Positions 11,262 to 21,892 of a stretch of DNA of 64,000 nucleotides are shown piece after piece (within the stretch, counting starts at the first letter, position 1; every line of letters starts with the position of its first letter). Made by a program: the position numbers and the translations under genes. The stretch lies in the NCBI GenBank assembly GCA_037142615.1, contig JBAXAI010000001.1, positions 96,001-160,000 of the forward strand, read 5' to 3'. The notes under the pieces are model-generated. The model was not told where the DNA came from and searched no databases. It saw only the letters and a program-made list of their open reading frames with translations. The DNA is from Spirochaetales bacterium. GTDB lineage: Bacteria; Spirochaetota; Spirochaetia; JABEVK01.

Positions 11262-11978
11262 ATGATCACCAACTTGCCCACCGAGCGCGTCAACTATTGG
11301 ACCCATTTCCTCGGCTTTTTGGCCTGGATCCCCGTCACGGTTCTGCTCCTGCTTGTCAGCGGCGGCCTTTTGCAACTTTCGCCAGCCTTCTGGCCTCTCG
11401 GTTGGAACGCTGTTCCGACGGTTCGCTGGGACCTGCTTGCCACCTCACTCATTTACGGCCTCGGCGTCATGTTCCTGTTCTTTTGCAGTTCCACTTATCA
11501 CAAGAACAAACGGGCCGAGAACGAGAAATCGTTTTGGCGCACCATGGACCACTTTGCGATTTTCGTAATGATCGCAGCCAGTTACACCCCCGTGGTTTGG
11601 ATCTGGTTTGATCCCGCCTGGAGGGTTCCCACCCTTCTGATCCAGTGGGGCGTCACATTGGCCGGGCTTCTCTTCAAGCTCTTCCTTCCCAAGGCGCCCC
11701 GTTGGATCGACCCCGTCCTGTACGTGCTCATGGGCTGGGTAGCTGTTGTGGACCTCGTTCCTCTGTATCAAAACATGCCAACCATGGTGTTTTTCGACAT
11801 GCTCTGGGGAGGGGCTTGGTACACCGTGGGGGCGGTCATTTACGCGCTCAAGAAACCGAATTTTAAGCCGGGTGTATTCGGATTCCACGAACTGTTTCAC
11901 CTCTTCATTCTTGGCGGTGCGGCGACTCACTGCTCCATGGTGCTGCGGTCTGTGATTGCAACCGCTGGGGCACTCTGA
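11262..11978 (+). CDS. hemolysin III / PAQR-family membrane protein
   Basis: ERVNYWTH, SSTYH, DHFAIFVMIAASYTP, YVLMGW, GFHELFHLF. Confidence 0.92.
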   Translation: MITNLPTERVNYWTHFLGFLAWIPVTVLLLLVSGGLLQLSPAFWPLGWNAVPTVRWDLLATSLIYGLGVMFLFFCSSTYHKNKRAENEKSFWRTMDHFAIFVMIAASYTPVVWIWFDPAWRVPTLLIQWGVTLAGLLFKLFLPKAPRWIDPVLYVLMGWVAVVDLVPLYQNMPTMVFFDMLWGGAWYTVGAVIYALKKPNFKPGVFGFHELFHLFILGGAATHCSMVLRSVIATAGAL

Positions 11979-12090
11979 ACAAACCTTTCGGTGGAACGAC
12001 CGACAAAAACGTAAGTTCTGGGCAACTTGTGAGGGAAGGTCCAGAAAATGGCCCATTTCTGCGCGTGTTTCTGCCAAGACTTCCGTTGGA

Positions 12091-12119
12091 TTGACGGTTT
12101 TTCGGTTTTCTGCTTTAAT
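12091..12119 (+). promoter_or_regulatory. sigma70-type promoter for argS
   Basis: TTGACG-17-TTTAAT preceded by TG; ATG follows 9 nt later with no SD. Confidence 0.55.
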
Positions 12120-12128
12120 TTTGCGAAC

Positions 12129-13901
12129 ATGAAACGCTGGCATGACCTTTGGAAAGACCGTTTGCACTCAGCTCTGTCCACGCTTTACAAGCAGGCGGGG
12201 CTTGAGTTTTCTCCTTCGCTGGTTCTGATGGAAGTGCCTCCCAAGCCGGAAATGGGCGATCTCGCTTTCCCGATGTTTCCCCACGCCAGGGCGCTTCGAT
12301 TGGCCCCTCCGTTGCTAGCCCGCCAAATGGCTGAGGCTTTGGGTGCCTACTCCTCCGAGGCGTCGGCGGTACCGCTCGGGCCCTACGTCAACCTGCACTT
12401 TTCGCGAGGCCCGGTTGGCAGTCGGGTGCTGTCAGACGTGGCTCGGGGCGGCGACCAGTACGGCAGATCGACCTCGCTGGCTGACCGTCGGGTCATGCTC
12501 GAATTTTCGAGCCCCAACACCAATAAACCCCTGCATATCGGGCACCTTCGCAACAACACCCTTGGCGAGGCCACCAGCCGTATCCTCCGGGCCAACGGGG
12601 CGCAGGTTCACAAGGTGTGCCTGTTGAACGACCGGGGGATCAATATTTGCCGCTCGATGCTGGCCTACACCAAGTTTTTTGCCGGCAAGACTCCGGATAC
12701 CGAAGGTGTCAAGTCCGACCGCTTTGTCGGCGACGCGTACGTGAAGTTTGGCGAGTGGGCTGCGACCGACCCGACGGCCGAAGAACAGGCGCAGGCGCTC
12801 CTGCTGAAGTGGGAAGCGGGTGACCCTTCCGTCCATGAGTTGTGGAAGACGATGAACGCCTGGGCTTTTTCCGGCGTTTCCCAAACCTACGCGAGGCAGG
12901 GCATCGGATTTGACCGCTTCTACCGCGAGTCGGAGACTTGGCAACTGGGCAAGGATGTCATCCTCCAGGGACTCAAGGCTGGGATTTTTCGATCTCGGGA
13001 CGACGGCGCCGTGGTCGTTGACCTGCCGTGGGTCGATCATTCCAAGGAAGCGGGCGGCGAAACCAATGCGGTCAAGGTGCTTCTGCGCCCCGACGGCACC
13101 TCCATCTACATGACCCAAGACCTCGGTACGGCCATCGCAAGGCACGCTGACTGGGAGTTCAACCAGTTGGTTTACGTGGTTGCCAGCGAGCAGGACTACC
13201 ACTTTCAGGTTCTGTTCCACTGTTTGTCTGTCTTGGGCTACGACTGGTCGAAGAACCTGTTTCACCTGTCGTATGGCATGGTGAAGTTGCCCGATGGCAG
13301 CCGAATCAAGAGCCGCCAAGGCACCACCGCCGATGCCGACGACATTCTCGACGATCTCGAGGCCGGTGCGCTCGAAGAGATCCGGGCCAAGGGCCGCGAG
13401 GAAGAGCTCGAAGACGCCGCCCAAGTTTCCGCTTCCATCGCCAAGGCGGCGCTCCACTACTTTCTTTTGCAAGCAACTCCAGGCAAAGACATGATCTTCG
13501 ACGCCCAGGAATCGCTAAGTTTTAACGGCAATACTGGACCCTACCTGCAGTACATGGGGGCCCGACTGTCGGCCTTGCTGGCCAAGGCCCCTACCGAGGC
13601 ACTGACCTCAATGACGGCCTGTGACCGGCTCACCACCAACGAGGAATGGGAACTGGTCAAATTGCTGGCCAACTATCCCGAACTCGTGATTCAGGCGGGC
13701 AGGGGCCTCGACCCGAGTATTCTGGCCGGTTTCGCCTACGAGCTTGCCAAAAGTTTCGCGCGCTTTTATCACGATTTGCCGGTGCTCAATGCGCCGGAAC
13801 CCGAATTGATCGCCCAGAGAGTGCAATTGTGTGCCAGCGTCCTCCAGGTGCTGAAAAACGTCTTCGAGCTTCTGAACATTCCGTTCTTGCGGAGCATGTG
13901 A
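12129..13901 (+). CDS. argS: arginine--tRNA ligase
   Basis: GDLAFP, EFSSPNTNKPLHIGHLRN, YMTQDLG, EQDYHF, GNTGPYLQY, DALR-type C-terminus. Confidence 0.96.
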   Translation: MKRWHDLWKDRLHSALSTLYKQAGLEFSPSLVLMEVPPKPEMGDLAFPMFPHARALRLAPPLLARQMAEALGAYSSEASAVPLGPYVNLHFSRGPVGSRVLSDVARGGDQYGRSTSLADRRVMLEFSSPNTNKPLHIGHLRNNTLGEATSRILRANGAQVHKVCLLNDRGINICRSMLAYTKFFAGKTPDTEGVKSDRFVGDAYVKFGEWAATDPTAEEQAQALLLKWEAGDPSVHELWKTMNAWAFSGVSQTYARQGIGFDRFYRESETWQLGKDVILQGLKAGIFRSRDDGAVVVDLPWVDHSKEAGGETNAVKVLLRPDGTSIYMTQDLGTAIARHADWEFNQLVYVVASEQDYHFQVLFHCLSVLGYDWSKNLFHLSYGMVKLPDGSRIKSRQGTTADADDILDDLEAGALEEIRAKGREEELEDAAQVSASIAKAALHYFLLQATPGKDMIFDAQESLSFNGNTGPYLQYMGARLSALLAKAPTEALTSMTACDRLTTNEEWELVKLLANYPELVIQAGRGLDPSILAGFAYELAKSFARFYHDLPVLNAPEPELIAQRVQLCASVLQVLKNVFELLNIPFLRSM

Positions 13902-13921
13902 CAGGTCATAAGGGGAACAAG

Positions 13922-16900
13922 ATGCCCATGGTGAAACGACCCGAGTCCTCCGGACTCTACGATCCTTCTTTTGAAAAAGACTCCTGTGGTGTTGGCTTTC
14001 TGGCTAACATCAAGGGCAAACGGAGCCACCAGATTCTGGTCGATGCGGCCCAGATCCTGTGTCGCATGGATCACCGGGGCGCCAGGGGTGCCGAAGTCAA
14101 CACCGGCGACGGCGCCGGCATCCTTACCGCCCTGCCTTGGGAGTTTCTTGAGAAAGTTGCCAGGCGCGATGCGGGTTTGTCGCTGGGAGCGCGCGGTACC
14201 TGGGCGGCCGGCGTGGTGTTTCTGCCGCAAGACATCTGGGAACGCGAGGCCTGCAAGGCCGAGATCGGCAGTGTGATCGCCGCCCGCGGCCAACGACTGA
14301 TCGGTTGGCGCCAAGTCAAGGTCGATAACTCGTCGCTGGGGCCCAGCGCCAGGGCTGCCGAGCCGGTTGTGGAACAGCTATTCGTCGGTAGCGCCGCTGG
14401 TCTTTCGGCGGATGCGTTCGACCGGCAGCTCTTTTTGATCCGCAAGAAGGTTACCCACGCGCTACGCAGCAAACCTGGTTTTGACAGCCAGTCATTTTTT
14501 TACGTCAGCTCGCTCTCGACACGCATCCTTGTTTACAAAGGCATGCTGACTCCTGATCAGGTATGGAGTTACTACGACGCTGACCTTTCGGATCCCGACT
14601 ACACGACGCATTTGGCCATGGTGCACAGCCGCTTCAGTACCAATACCTTCCCTTCGTGGGACCGGGCACAACCGCTGCGCTGGATGAGCCACAACGGCGA
14701 GATCAACACCGTGCGAGGCAACATCAACAAGATGTTCGCGCGCCAGCAGAGCCTTGCCAGCGACCTCTTCGGCCCCGACCTGAAAGAGGCATTCCCCATC
14801 ATCGAACCCGACCTGTCGGACTCCGGCGACTTCGACAACGTGCTGGAACTCCTCGTCCTGGGCGGCCGGAGCTTGCCGGAAGCGGTGATGATGATGATTC
14901 CCGAGGCGTGGCAAAACCACACCGGGATGGACGCCGAGAAGAAGGCCTTTTACCAATACCAGAGCGCCATCATGGAGCCTTGGGACGGCCCGGCCAGCAT
15001 CGCGTTCACCGACGGCAAGGTCATCGGCGCGGTCTTGGACCGCAATGGACTGCGGCCGAGTCGCTTCTACGTCACCAAGGACGACCTGGTGATCATGGCC
15101 AGCGAAGTCGGCGTCATCGACGTGCCCGAGGCAGATATTCGCCAGAAGGGCCGGCTGCAGCCGGGCAAGATGTTCCTCGTTGATTTCGAGCAGGGGCGCA
15201 TCATCGACGACGCCGAGCTCAAGGCCGGCATTGCCAAGGCCCGACCGTACGGCGAATGGGTCAAGAACCAAAAGGTGACACTCGCCGACCTGAAGAGCGA
15301 CCAAGCCGCCCATGGTTTTCACCCCGAATCGGTTAACCAGCGCATCAACGCCTTCGGCTACACTCACGAAACGCTCAAGGTGATCCTCAAGGCCATGGCC
15401 GAAAGTGGTCAGGAGCCTCTCGGGTCCATGGGCAACGACGCTGCCCTCGCAGTTCTGTCCGAGAAGCCCCGCATGATGTACGACTACTTCAAGCAGTTGT
15501 TCGCGCAGGTGACCAACCCGCCCATCGACTCGATCCGCGAAGAGATCGTCATGAGCCTTGAAAGCTTCATCGGCCCCGAGCACAACCTGCTGTCGGTCAC
15601 CGAAGCCCATGCTCACCGGCTGTACCTGTCCAACCCGCTGCTCACGAACGAGCAATTGGCGGCGCTGAAGAACAGCCAGGTCAAGGGGTGGAAGTCGAAA
15701 GTCGTCGACATCACTTTCGCCAAACTCGAGGGTGCGGCCGGTCTGCGAGCCGCGCTGGAACGCATCACCCTCGAGGCTCAGACCGCTCTGGAGTCCGGTT
15801 TTTCTCTGGTGATCCTCAGCGACCGTGCCATCAGCGCCGACCGGGTCCCTGTCTCGGCACTGTTGGCCACCGGGGCTGTTCACCACCACCTGACCCGCCT
15901 GGAACGCCGCAACCAGATAGGCCTGCTGATCGAATCGGGCGAACCGCGCGAGGTGCACCACTATTGCATGCTCGCCGGTTACGGCGCCGACGCCGTCAAC
16001 CCATACCTGGCGTTCGAAACCTTGGAGCGCATGCTCCTCGACGATCGCTATGACGGCAAGCACACGCTCGAGGACCTGTTGGACCACTACCTGAAGGCCG
16101 TCGCCAAGGGCATGCGGAAGGTGTTCGGCAAGATGGGCATCTCCACCCTTGAGAGTTACAAGGGCTCACAGATCTTCGAGGCTGTCGGTCTCGATAAGGA
16201 AGTGATCGACAAAGCCTTTGTCGGCACCGCCAGCCGAATCAAAGGTGCGGGCTTCGAAGCCCTCGGAAACGAGGCGCTGCAACGCCATGCCTTCGGCTAT
16301 CCTGACGGAAACCCCGACCGTTTCGACTCGCTTCCCAATCCCGGCGACTATCACTACCGCTTCGGCGGCGAAAAGCACATGTGGGACCCCGAGTCGATTG
16401 CCGACCTTCAGCGCGCGGTGTGGCAAAACGATAAGGCCGCCTATCAGCGGTTTTCGTCCCGTCAGTCCGAGCGCAACACCAATCAAGCGACGCTGCACGG
16501 ACTGTTCAAGTTCAAGGCCGGTACGGCGCCCCTTTCGCTCGACGAAGTAGAGCCGGCTTCGGCCCTGGTGAAGCGCTTCGTCACCGGCGCCATGAGCTAC
16601 GGTTCCATCAGCCGCGAGGCGCACGAGACCTTGGCCATCGCGATGAACCGACTCGGCGGCAAGTCGAACACCGGCGAGGGTGGTGAAGACGTCGAACGTT
16701 TTGCCCGCTTGCCCAACGGCGATTCCAAGCGCTCAGCCATCAAGCAGGTCGCTTCGGGCCGCTTTGGCGTGAGCATCAACTACCTCACCAACGCCGACGA
16801 AATCCAAATCAAGATGGCCCAGGGTGCCAAACCCGGTGAGGGTGGAGAGTTGCCGGGGGACAAGGTCGACAAGAACATCGCCAAGACCCGCAACTCGACG

Positions 16901-18463
16901 CCGGGGGTCGGTCTCATCTCACCGCCGCCTCACCACGACATTTACTCGATCGAAGACCTCTCGCAGCTGATTTTTGACTTGAAGAATGCCAACCCGAAGG
17001 CCAGGATCAGCGTAAAACTGGTTTCCGAGGTGGGCGTCGGCACCATCGCAGCCGGTGTCGCCAAGGGCAAGGCCGACCACATCCTCATCGCGGGGCATGA
17101 AGGCGGAACCGGCGCCTCACCACTGACGGGCATCAAGAACGCCGGTCTGCCTTGGGAACTCGGGCTTGCTGAGACCCACCAGACGCTCGTTATGAACGAC
17201 CTTCGCTCGCGGGTGACAATACAGACCGACGGTCAACTCAAGACCGGCCGGGATGTCGTGATCGCTGCGCTGCTGGGTGCCGAGGAAATGGGCTTTGCTA
17301 CCGGTCCACTCATTTCGTTGGGCTGCATCATGATGCGCAAGTGCCACAAGAACACCTGCCCTGTGGGCATCGCCACGCAGGATTCCCGCCTTCGCGAACG
17401 CTTCAAGGGCAAGCCAGAGTACGTGGAACGCTACCTGACCTTCATCGCAGAAGAGGCTCGGGGAATCATGGCTGAACTCGGAGTTCGCACCTTCAACGAC
17501 TTGGTGGGACGCGTTGACCTTCTGGAAACGGACGCGGCTGTGCTCCACTGGAAGAGCCGAAACATCGACCTGACACCGCTGCTGACCATGGCGAGCAAAC
17601 CCTACCCCGGAGCTGGCCTCTACAAGCAACAGGAACAGGACCACGGACTGGAACACGTTCTCGACAACCGGTTGATTGCGGGTGCCAAACCGGCCTTGGA
17701 GTCCCAGAAGAAAGTCGCGCTCACGCACAAGATCACCAACCTTGACCGCTCGACCGGGGTCATGCTCAGCCACACCATTTCCAAAAAGTACGGTGCGGCC
17801 GGGCTCCCTGACGGCACCGTGGACGTTGCCTTTACCGGACACGCCGGCCAGAGTTTCGGAGCGTGGCTGGCGAGGGGCGTCACATTCCGTCTCACCGGCG
17901 ACGCCAATGACTACGTTGGTAAGGGCCTCTCCGGCGGTCGCATCGTCATCGCCCCGCCAACCGACGCAGGCTACCAGCCCAGCGAGAACATCATCATCGG
18001 CAACGTGGCGTTTTACGGGGCCATCGAGGGTGAGGCTTTCATCCGAGGCGTGGCCGCCGAACGCTTCGCCGTCCGCAACTCGGGCGCCACGGTGGTTGTC
18101 GAAGGTGTCGGCGACCATGGCTGTGAGTACATGACGCGTGGCGAAGCCGTAATTCTGGGGCCAACAGGCCGCAATTTCGCTGCCGGTATGTCGGGCGGTA
18201 TCACCCATGTTTGGGATCCTCACGGGCACCTCAAGGCCAACATCAATCTCCAGATGGTCGAGCTGGAAGTTCCAGACGGAGAGGACCTCGTTCGGGTCAA
18301 GGAACTCTGCACGCTCCACCAGTCCTACACAGGGTCAGACGTGGCCCAGAAGCTGCTGTCCGACTGGCCGCTCCACAGCAAAGAGTTTGTCAAAGTGATG
18401 CCGGTGGACTACAAGAAAGTCCTGCTGGCTCAGAAAGCGGCCATGGCCGCGGAGGTGAAGTGA
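13922..18463 (+). CDS. gltB: glutamate synthase large subunit
   Basis: KDS|CGVGF, HSRFSTNTFPSW, EPWDGPA, FAQVTNPPID, GAMSYGSIS, QIKMAQGAKPGEGG, CIMMRKCHKNTCPVG, GDHGCEYMT. Confidence 0.98.
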   Translation: MPMVKRPESSGLYDPSFEKDSCGVGFLANIKGKRSHQILVDAAQILCRMDHRGARGAEVNTGDGAGILTALPWEFLEKVARRDAGLSLGARGTWAAGVVFLPQDIWEREACKAEIGSVIAARGQRLIGWRQVKVDNSSLGPSARAAEPVVEQLFVGSAAGLSADAFDRQLFLIRKKVTHALRSKPGFDSQSFFYVSSLSTRILVYKGMLTPDQVWSYYDADLSDPDYTTHLAMVHSRFSTNTFPSWDRAQPLRWMSHNGEINTVRGNINKMFARQQSLASDLFGPDLKEAFPIIEPDLSDSGDFDNVLELLVLGGRSLPEAVMMMIPEAWQNHTGMDAEKKAFYQYQSAIMEPWDGPASIAFTDGKVIGAVLDRNGLRPSRFYVTKDDLVIMASEVGVIDVPEADIRQKGRLQPGKMFLVDFEQGRIIDDAELKAGIAKARPYGEWVKNQKVTLADLKSDQAAHGFHPESVNQRINAFGYTHETLKVILKAMAESGQEPLGSMGNDAALAVLSEKPRMMYDYFKQLFAQVTNPPIDSIREEIVMSLESFIGPEHNLLSVTEAHAHRLYLSNPLLTNEQLAALKNSQVKGWKSKVVDITFAKLEGAAGLRAALERITLEAQTALESGFSLVILSDRAISADRVPVSALLATGAVHHHLTRLERRNQIGLLIESGEPREVHHYCMLAGYGADAVNPYLAFETLERMLLDDRYDGKHTLEDLLDHYLKAVAKGMRKVFGKMGISTLESYKGSQIFEAVGLDKEVIDKAFVGTASRIKGAGFEALGNEALQRHAFGYPDGNPDRFDSLPNPGDYHYRFGGEKHMWDPESIADLQRAVWQNDKAAYQRFSSRQSERNTNQATLHGLFKFKAGTAPLSLDEVEPASALVKRFVTGAMSYGSISREAHETLAIAMNRLGGKSNTGEGGEDVERFARLPNGDSKRSAIKQVASGRFGVSINYLTNADEIQIKMAQGAKPGEGGELPGDKVDKNIAKTRNSTPGVGLISPPPHHDIYSIEDLSQLIFDLKNANPKARISVKLVSEVGVGTIAAGVAKGKADHILIAGHEGGTGASPLTGIKNAGLPWELGLAETHQTLVMNDLRSRVTIQTDGQLKTGRDVVIAALLGAEEMGFATGPLISLGCIMMRKCHKNTCPVGIATQDSRLRERFKGKPEYVERYLTFIAEEARGIMAELGVRTFNDLVGRVDLLETDAAVLHWKSRNIDLTPLLTMASKPYPGAGLYKQQEQDHGLEHVLDNRLIAGAKPALESQKKVALTHKITNLDRSTGVMLSHTISKKYGAAGLPDGTVDVAFTGHAGQSFGAWLARGVTFRLTGDANDYVGKGLSGGRIVIAPPTDAGYQPSENIIIGNVAFYGAIEGEAFIRGVAAERFAVRNSGATVVVEGVGDHGCEYMTRGEAVILGPTGRNFAAGMSGGITHVWDPHGHLKANINLQMVELEVPDGEDLVRVKELCTLHQSYTGSDVAQKLLSDWPLHSKEFVKVMPVDYKKVLLAQKAAMAAEVK

Positions 18464-19920
18464 TGGGCAAGCCCACAGGATTCCTCGAGTTTGAACGCCA
18501 AAAGGTAAAGGACCGTCATCCCCGTGAGCGAATGGGCGACTTCCGCGAGTTCCTTGTTCCTCTGAAGGTCGACGAACGTCGTACCCAGGCTAGTCGGTGC
18601 ATGGACTGTGGCGTCCCGTTCTGCCAGTCCAGTTTCGGCTGTCCCGTCGACAACCTGATTCCGGAGTGGAATGATCTCGTGTACCATGGCAAGGACAAGG
18701 AGGCGTTCACCCGCCTTCGCAAGACGAACAACTTCCCCGAGTTTACGGGTCGCGTCTGTCCGGCCCCCTGCGAAACAGCTTGCGTGCTCGGCGTCACGAA
18801 CCCGGCGGTCACGATCAAGGACAACGAGGCCTGGATCATCGACAACGCCTACGAGCAAGGCTGGATGGTTCCTGTGCCTCCGCCCCACCGAACAGGCCGC
18901 CGTGTCGCGGTGATCGGTTCGGGTCCCTCGGGAATGGCTGCGGCGGACCAACTCAACCAGGCCGGTCATTTCGTCACTGTATTTGAGCGCAACGACCGTC
19001 TCGGTGGCCTGCTCATGTATGGCATCCCGAACATGAAACTCGACAAGGCCTTGGTCGAAAAGCGCTTTGCCCTCATGAAGGCCGAAGGCGTGGAGTTCCG
19101 GCCCAACACCTTCGTCGGAAGAGACGTGAAGCCCGAAGACCTGGTCAATGAGTTCGATGCAGTCCTGGTTGCCACGGGCGCCACCAAGCCCCGCGACCTA
19201 GGGGTTCCTGGGCGGCAATTCAAGGGTGTCCATTTCGCCATGGACTTCCTCACTGCCAACACACGAAGCCTGCTCAACAGCAACCTCGCCGACGGAAACT
19301 ACATTGACGCCAAGGGCAAGAAGGTCATCGTCATCGGAGGAGGCGACACCGGCAACGACTGCCTGGGCACTTCGCTGCGCCACGGTTGTACTTCGCTGGT
19401 CAACTTCGAAGTGCTTCCCCAGCCCTCCGAGGGTCGCACCGACGAGTCTCCCTGGCCGACCTATCCGCGCCTGTACAAGGCTGACTACGGCCACTCCGAG
19501 GCCGTCGAGAAGTTCGGTCAGGACCCGCGGGTCTATTCCATTTCCACCAAAGAGTTTCTCGGCAATGAAAAGGGCGAGCTCGTCGGCTTGGTCACCATCG
19601 ACGTGGCCTGGACCAAGGACGAGAAAGGCGCTTGGAAGATGGCCGAGGTAGCTGGCAGCGAGCGCAAGTGGGAAGCCGATCTGGTGTTCCTCGCCCTGGG
19701 TTTTCTCGGGCCCGAGGAAGAACTGGTCAAGCAACTCGGCGTCGAGCAGGATCCCCGGTCGAACATCAAGGCCGCCTACGGCAAGTTTCAAACGAATCAT
19801 CCCAAGGTTTTTGGTGCGGGCGACGCACGCCGCGGGCAGTCGCTGGTGGTCTGGGCTATCAATGAAGGCCGCGGAGCCGCCCGCGAGATCGACCGCTATC
19901 TCAGGGCCTTGCCACGCTGA
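18463..19920 (+). CDS. gltD: glutamate synthase small subunit
   Basis: MGKPTGF, RCMDCGVPFC, FPEFTGRVCPAPCE, GSGPSG, GGGDTGNDC, GDARRGQSLVVWAI; ATG overlaps the gltB stop. Confidence 0.97.
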   Translation: MGKPTGFLEFERQKVKDRHPRERMGDFREFLVPLKVDERRTQASRCMDCGVPFCQSSFGCPVDNLIPEWNDLVYHGKDKEAFTRLRKTNNFPEFTGRVCPAPCETACVLGVTNPAVTIKDNEAWIIDNAYEQGWMVPVPPPHRTGRRVAVIGSGPSGMAAADQLNQAGHFVTVFERNDRLGGLLMYGIPNMKLDKALVEKRFALMKAEGVEFRPNTFVGRDVKPEDLVNEFDAVLVATGATKPRDLGVPGRQFKGVHFAMDFLTANTRSLLNSNLADGNYIDAKGKKVIVIGGGDTGNDCLGTSLRHGCTSLVNFEVLPQPSEGRTDESPWPTYPRLYKADYGHSEAVEKFGQDPRVYSISTKEFLGNEKGELVGLVTIDVAWTKDEKGAWKMAEVAGSERKWEADLVFLALGFLGPEEELVKQLGVEQDPRSNIKAAYGKFQTNHPKVFGAGDARRGQSLVVWAINEGRGAAREIDRYLRALPR

Positions 19921-19969
19921 TCCGGATGTGCTATAAGCAACTCTGCTATTCTTTCCATAGAGGGATTTT

Positions 19970-20284
19970 ATGTACGCGCTGGTAGAAATCAAGGGACATC
20001 AATTCAAAGCCGAGAAGGGTGCTGTCCTGCAAATCGATCATGTAGACGCCGCCGATGGCGCCGCCTTGGAGTTTGAAACGGTCCTGCTTGTCAGCGATGA
20101 CAAGGGTGTTCAGATCGGTGCTCCTTACCTCAAGGGAGCCAAGGTCAAGGCTTCCGTCACTTCGCAGACCCGCGGGCCTAAAGTGATCTCCTATAAGTAC
20201 AAACGCCGCAAGAGTTACCACCGTACGGTGGGGATCCGGGCCATGTACACCTTGGTCAAGATCGACGACATCGTTTTGGCATGA
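19970..20284 (+). CDS. rplU: 50S ribosomal protein L21
   Basis: MYALVEIKGHQFK...KYKRRKSYHR; first gene of rplU-prp-rpmA. Confidence 0.95.
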   Translation: MYALVEIKGHQFKAEKGAVLQIDHVDAADGAALEFETVLLVSDDKGVQIGAPYLKGAKVKASVTSQTRGPKVISYKYKRRKSYHRTVGIRAMYTLVKIDDIVLA

Positions 20285-20622
20285 TCTCGGTCGCGGTTAG
20301 GTTGTCACCCGACAACCTGATCGGGGCCTTGGATTGTTCCGGACACGCCGGGTTTTCTTGGAAGGGCACAGACCTCGTCTGTGCCGCTTTCACGATCCTG
20401 CTTCGAACGTTCGTCCGAACCTGTGAACGCCTTCCGGAAGCGGGGTTTCAGGTTCGCGAGGACCGTTCGGGCAGTTTCCGGCTGCAGTTCGACAGCGTCC
20501 CATCGGACAACGTCGAGCAATTCCGAGGTTCCTGCTGGTTCTTCCTGCAGGGCGTCGACGACCTAGCCCGGGATTTTCCGGAACAGGTTAGTATTTCATA
20601 TTCCCAAGCTTCCGGGAGGTAG
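20281..20622 (+). CDS. prp: ribosomal-processing cysteine protease Prp (YsxB/DUF464)
   Basis: SGHAG...DLVCAAF catalytic His/Cys motifs; sits between rplU and rpmA. Confidence 0.88.
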   Translation: MISVAVRLSPDNLIGALDCSGHAGFSWKGTDLVCAAFTILLRTFVRTCERLPEAGFQVREDRSGSFRLQFDSVPSDNVEQFRGSCWFFLQGVDDLARDFPEQVSISYSQASGR

Positions 20623-20626
20623 TCAC

Positions 20627-20884
20627 ATGGCACATAAAAAAGGCGCTGGTAGTTCCAAGAACGGTCGCGATTCAAATCCTAAGATGCTGGGCGTTAAGCG
20701 CTTTGGCAGTCAGACCGTGAAGGCCGGCGAAATCCTCGTCCGCCAGCGCGGCACGAAGTTCCACCCAGGTGAGAATGTCGGCCTCGGCCGCGATCACACC
20801 CTCTTTGCCATGGTGGCCGGTGTGGTGAACTTTCTCGAACGCCGCGGCAAGAAAACTGTCGCCGTGATCCCCGCCTCGGAATAA
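20627..20884 (+). CDS. rpmA: 50S ribosomal protein L27
   Basis: [16 protein letters not shown]...[13 protein letters not shown]; GGAGGT RBS. Confidence 0.98.
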   Translation: MAHKKGAGSSKNGRDSNPKMLGVKRFGSQTVKAGEILVRQRGTKFHPGENVGLGRDHTLFAMVAGVVNFLERRGKKTVAVIPASE

Positions 20885-20893
20885 CTGTACTAA

Positions 20894-21892
20894 TTGGAAG
20901 GCTTCGTCGACGAAACCATCATCGAAGTCTCTTCCGGCCACGGCGGGGCGGGCTCGGTGTCGTTTCGCCGTGAAAAGTACGTTCCATTCGGCGGTCCCGA
21001 CGGAGGCGATGGTGGCAGGGGCGGTGATGTCGTCTTCCAGGTGAAACACAACCTGAAGACCCTCGCTCACCTGCGAATGCGGCGCACCTTTCATGCCCAG
21101 AACGGCCAGCCCGGAATGGGCGAGCGCCGATTTGGCAAAGACGGAGAGTCTGTTTTCGTCACGGTTCCTCCGGGAACCCTGGTGATTCACAATGAAACCG
21201 GCGCGCTGCTGCACGATTTTTCGGTAGACTCCGAACCTCAGTGGGTCTACCTGACCGGTGGACGCGGCGGGCAGGGAAACTGGCATTTCCGTACCGCACG
21301 CCACCAAGTTCCCAAGCACGCTCAGCCTGGCATGGCCGGGTTCGCAGCAACGTTGCGGGTCGAACTCAATATTATTGCGGATCTTGGGTTCGTGGGGTTT
21401 CCCAACGCTGGCAAGTCCACCTTGCTCTCGCTTCTAACCAATGCGACGCCCAAAATTGCGGCCTATCCGTTCACGACGATGATTCCCAACTTGGGCGTCA
21501 TGCGCATCTACGATCAGGATGTGATTCTTGCCGACATTCCCGGCATCATCGAGGGTGCCTCGCAGGGGCACGGCCTCGGGGTCCAGTTCCTGAAACACAT
21601 TGCCCGGACCAAGGGTTTGGTTTTCCTGATTGACTTGTCCGATGAAAACCATGCGCAGACCTTCGCGACCTTGCTGGAAGAACTCCAGGAGTTCTCTCCG
21701 GTCTTGGCAACCAAACCCCGTGTTGTCTTGGGCTCGAAGACCGACCTTGACGAAGACGGAACCCGCTTGGAGGCTCTCAAGGCCTCGCTACCCCAGGAAA
21801 CAGTGCTGGGGATTTCGAGCTTTGCACGCGACCGCCTTGACGATGTCAGGAGGGTGTTTCTCCAACTGGCCGAGAAAGAGGCAGTGCTATGA
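20894..21892 (+). CDS. obgE: GTPase Obg/CgtA
   Basis: SFRREKYVPFGGPDGGDGG, GFPNAGKST, YPFTT, DIPG; TTG start. Confidence 0.96.
   Translation: MEGFVDETIIEVSSGHGGAGSVSFRREKYVPFGGPDGGDGGRGGDVVFQVKHNLKTLAHLRMRRTFHAQNGQPGMGERRFGKDGESVFVTVPPGTLVIHNETGALLHDFSVDSEPQWVYLTGGRGGQGNWHFRTARHQVPKHAQPGMAGFAATLRVELNIIADLGFVGFPNAGKSTLLSLLTNATPKIAAYPFTTMIPNLGVMRIYDQDVILADIPGIIEGASQGHGLGVQFLKHIARTKGLVFLIDLSDENHAQTFATLLEELQEFSPVLATKPRVVLGSKTDLDEDGTRLEALKASLPQETVLGISSFARDRLDDVRRVFLQLAEKEAVL

Noticed and set aside
11979-12090. Possible T-box or riboswitch upstream of argS
   Set aside because: No T-box consensus or terminator, only a weak dyad at about 12042-12061; the best promoter lies downstream of it
13646-13921. 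92-aa N-terminal extension of GltB overlapping argS, and a similar extension on GltD from 18211
   Set aside because: ATGs at 13922 and 18463 have RBS-like sequences and match the family N-termini
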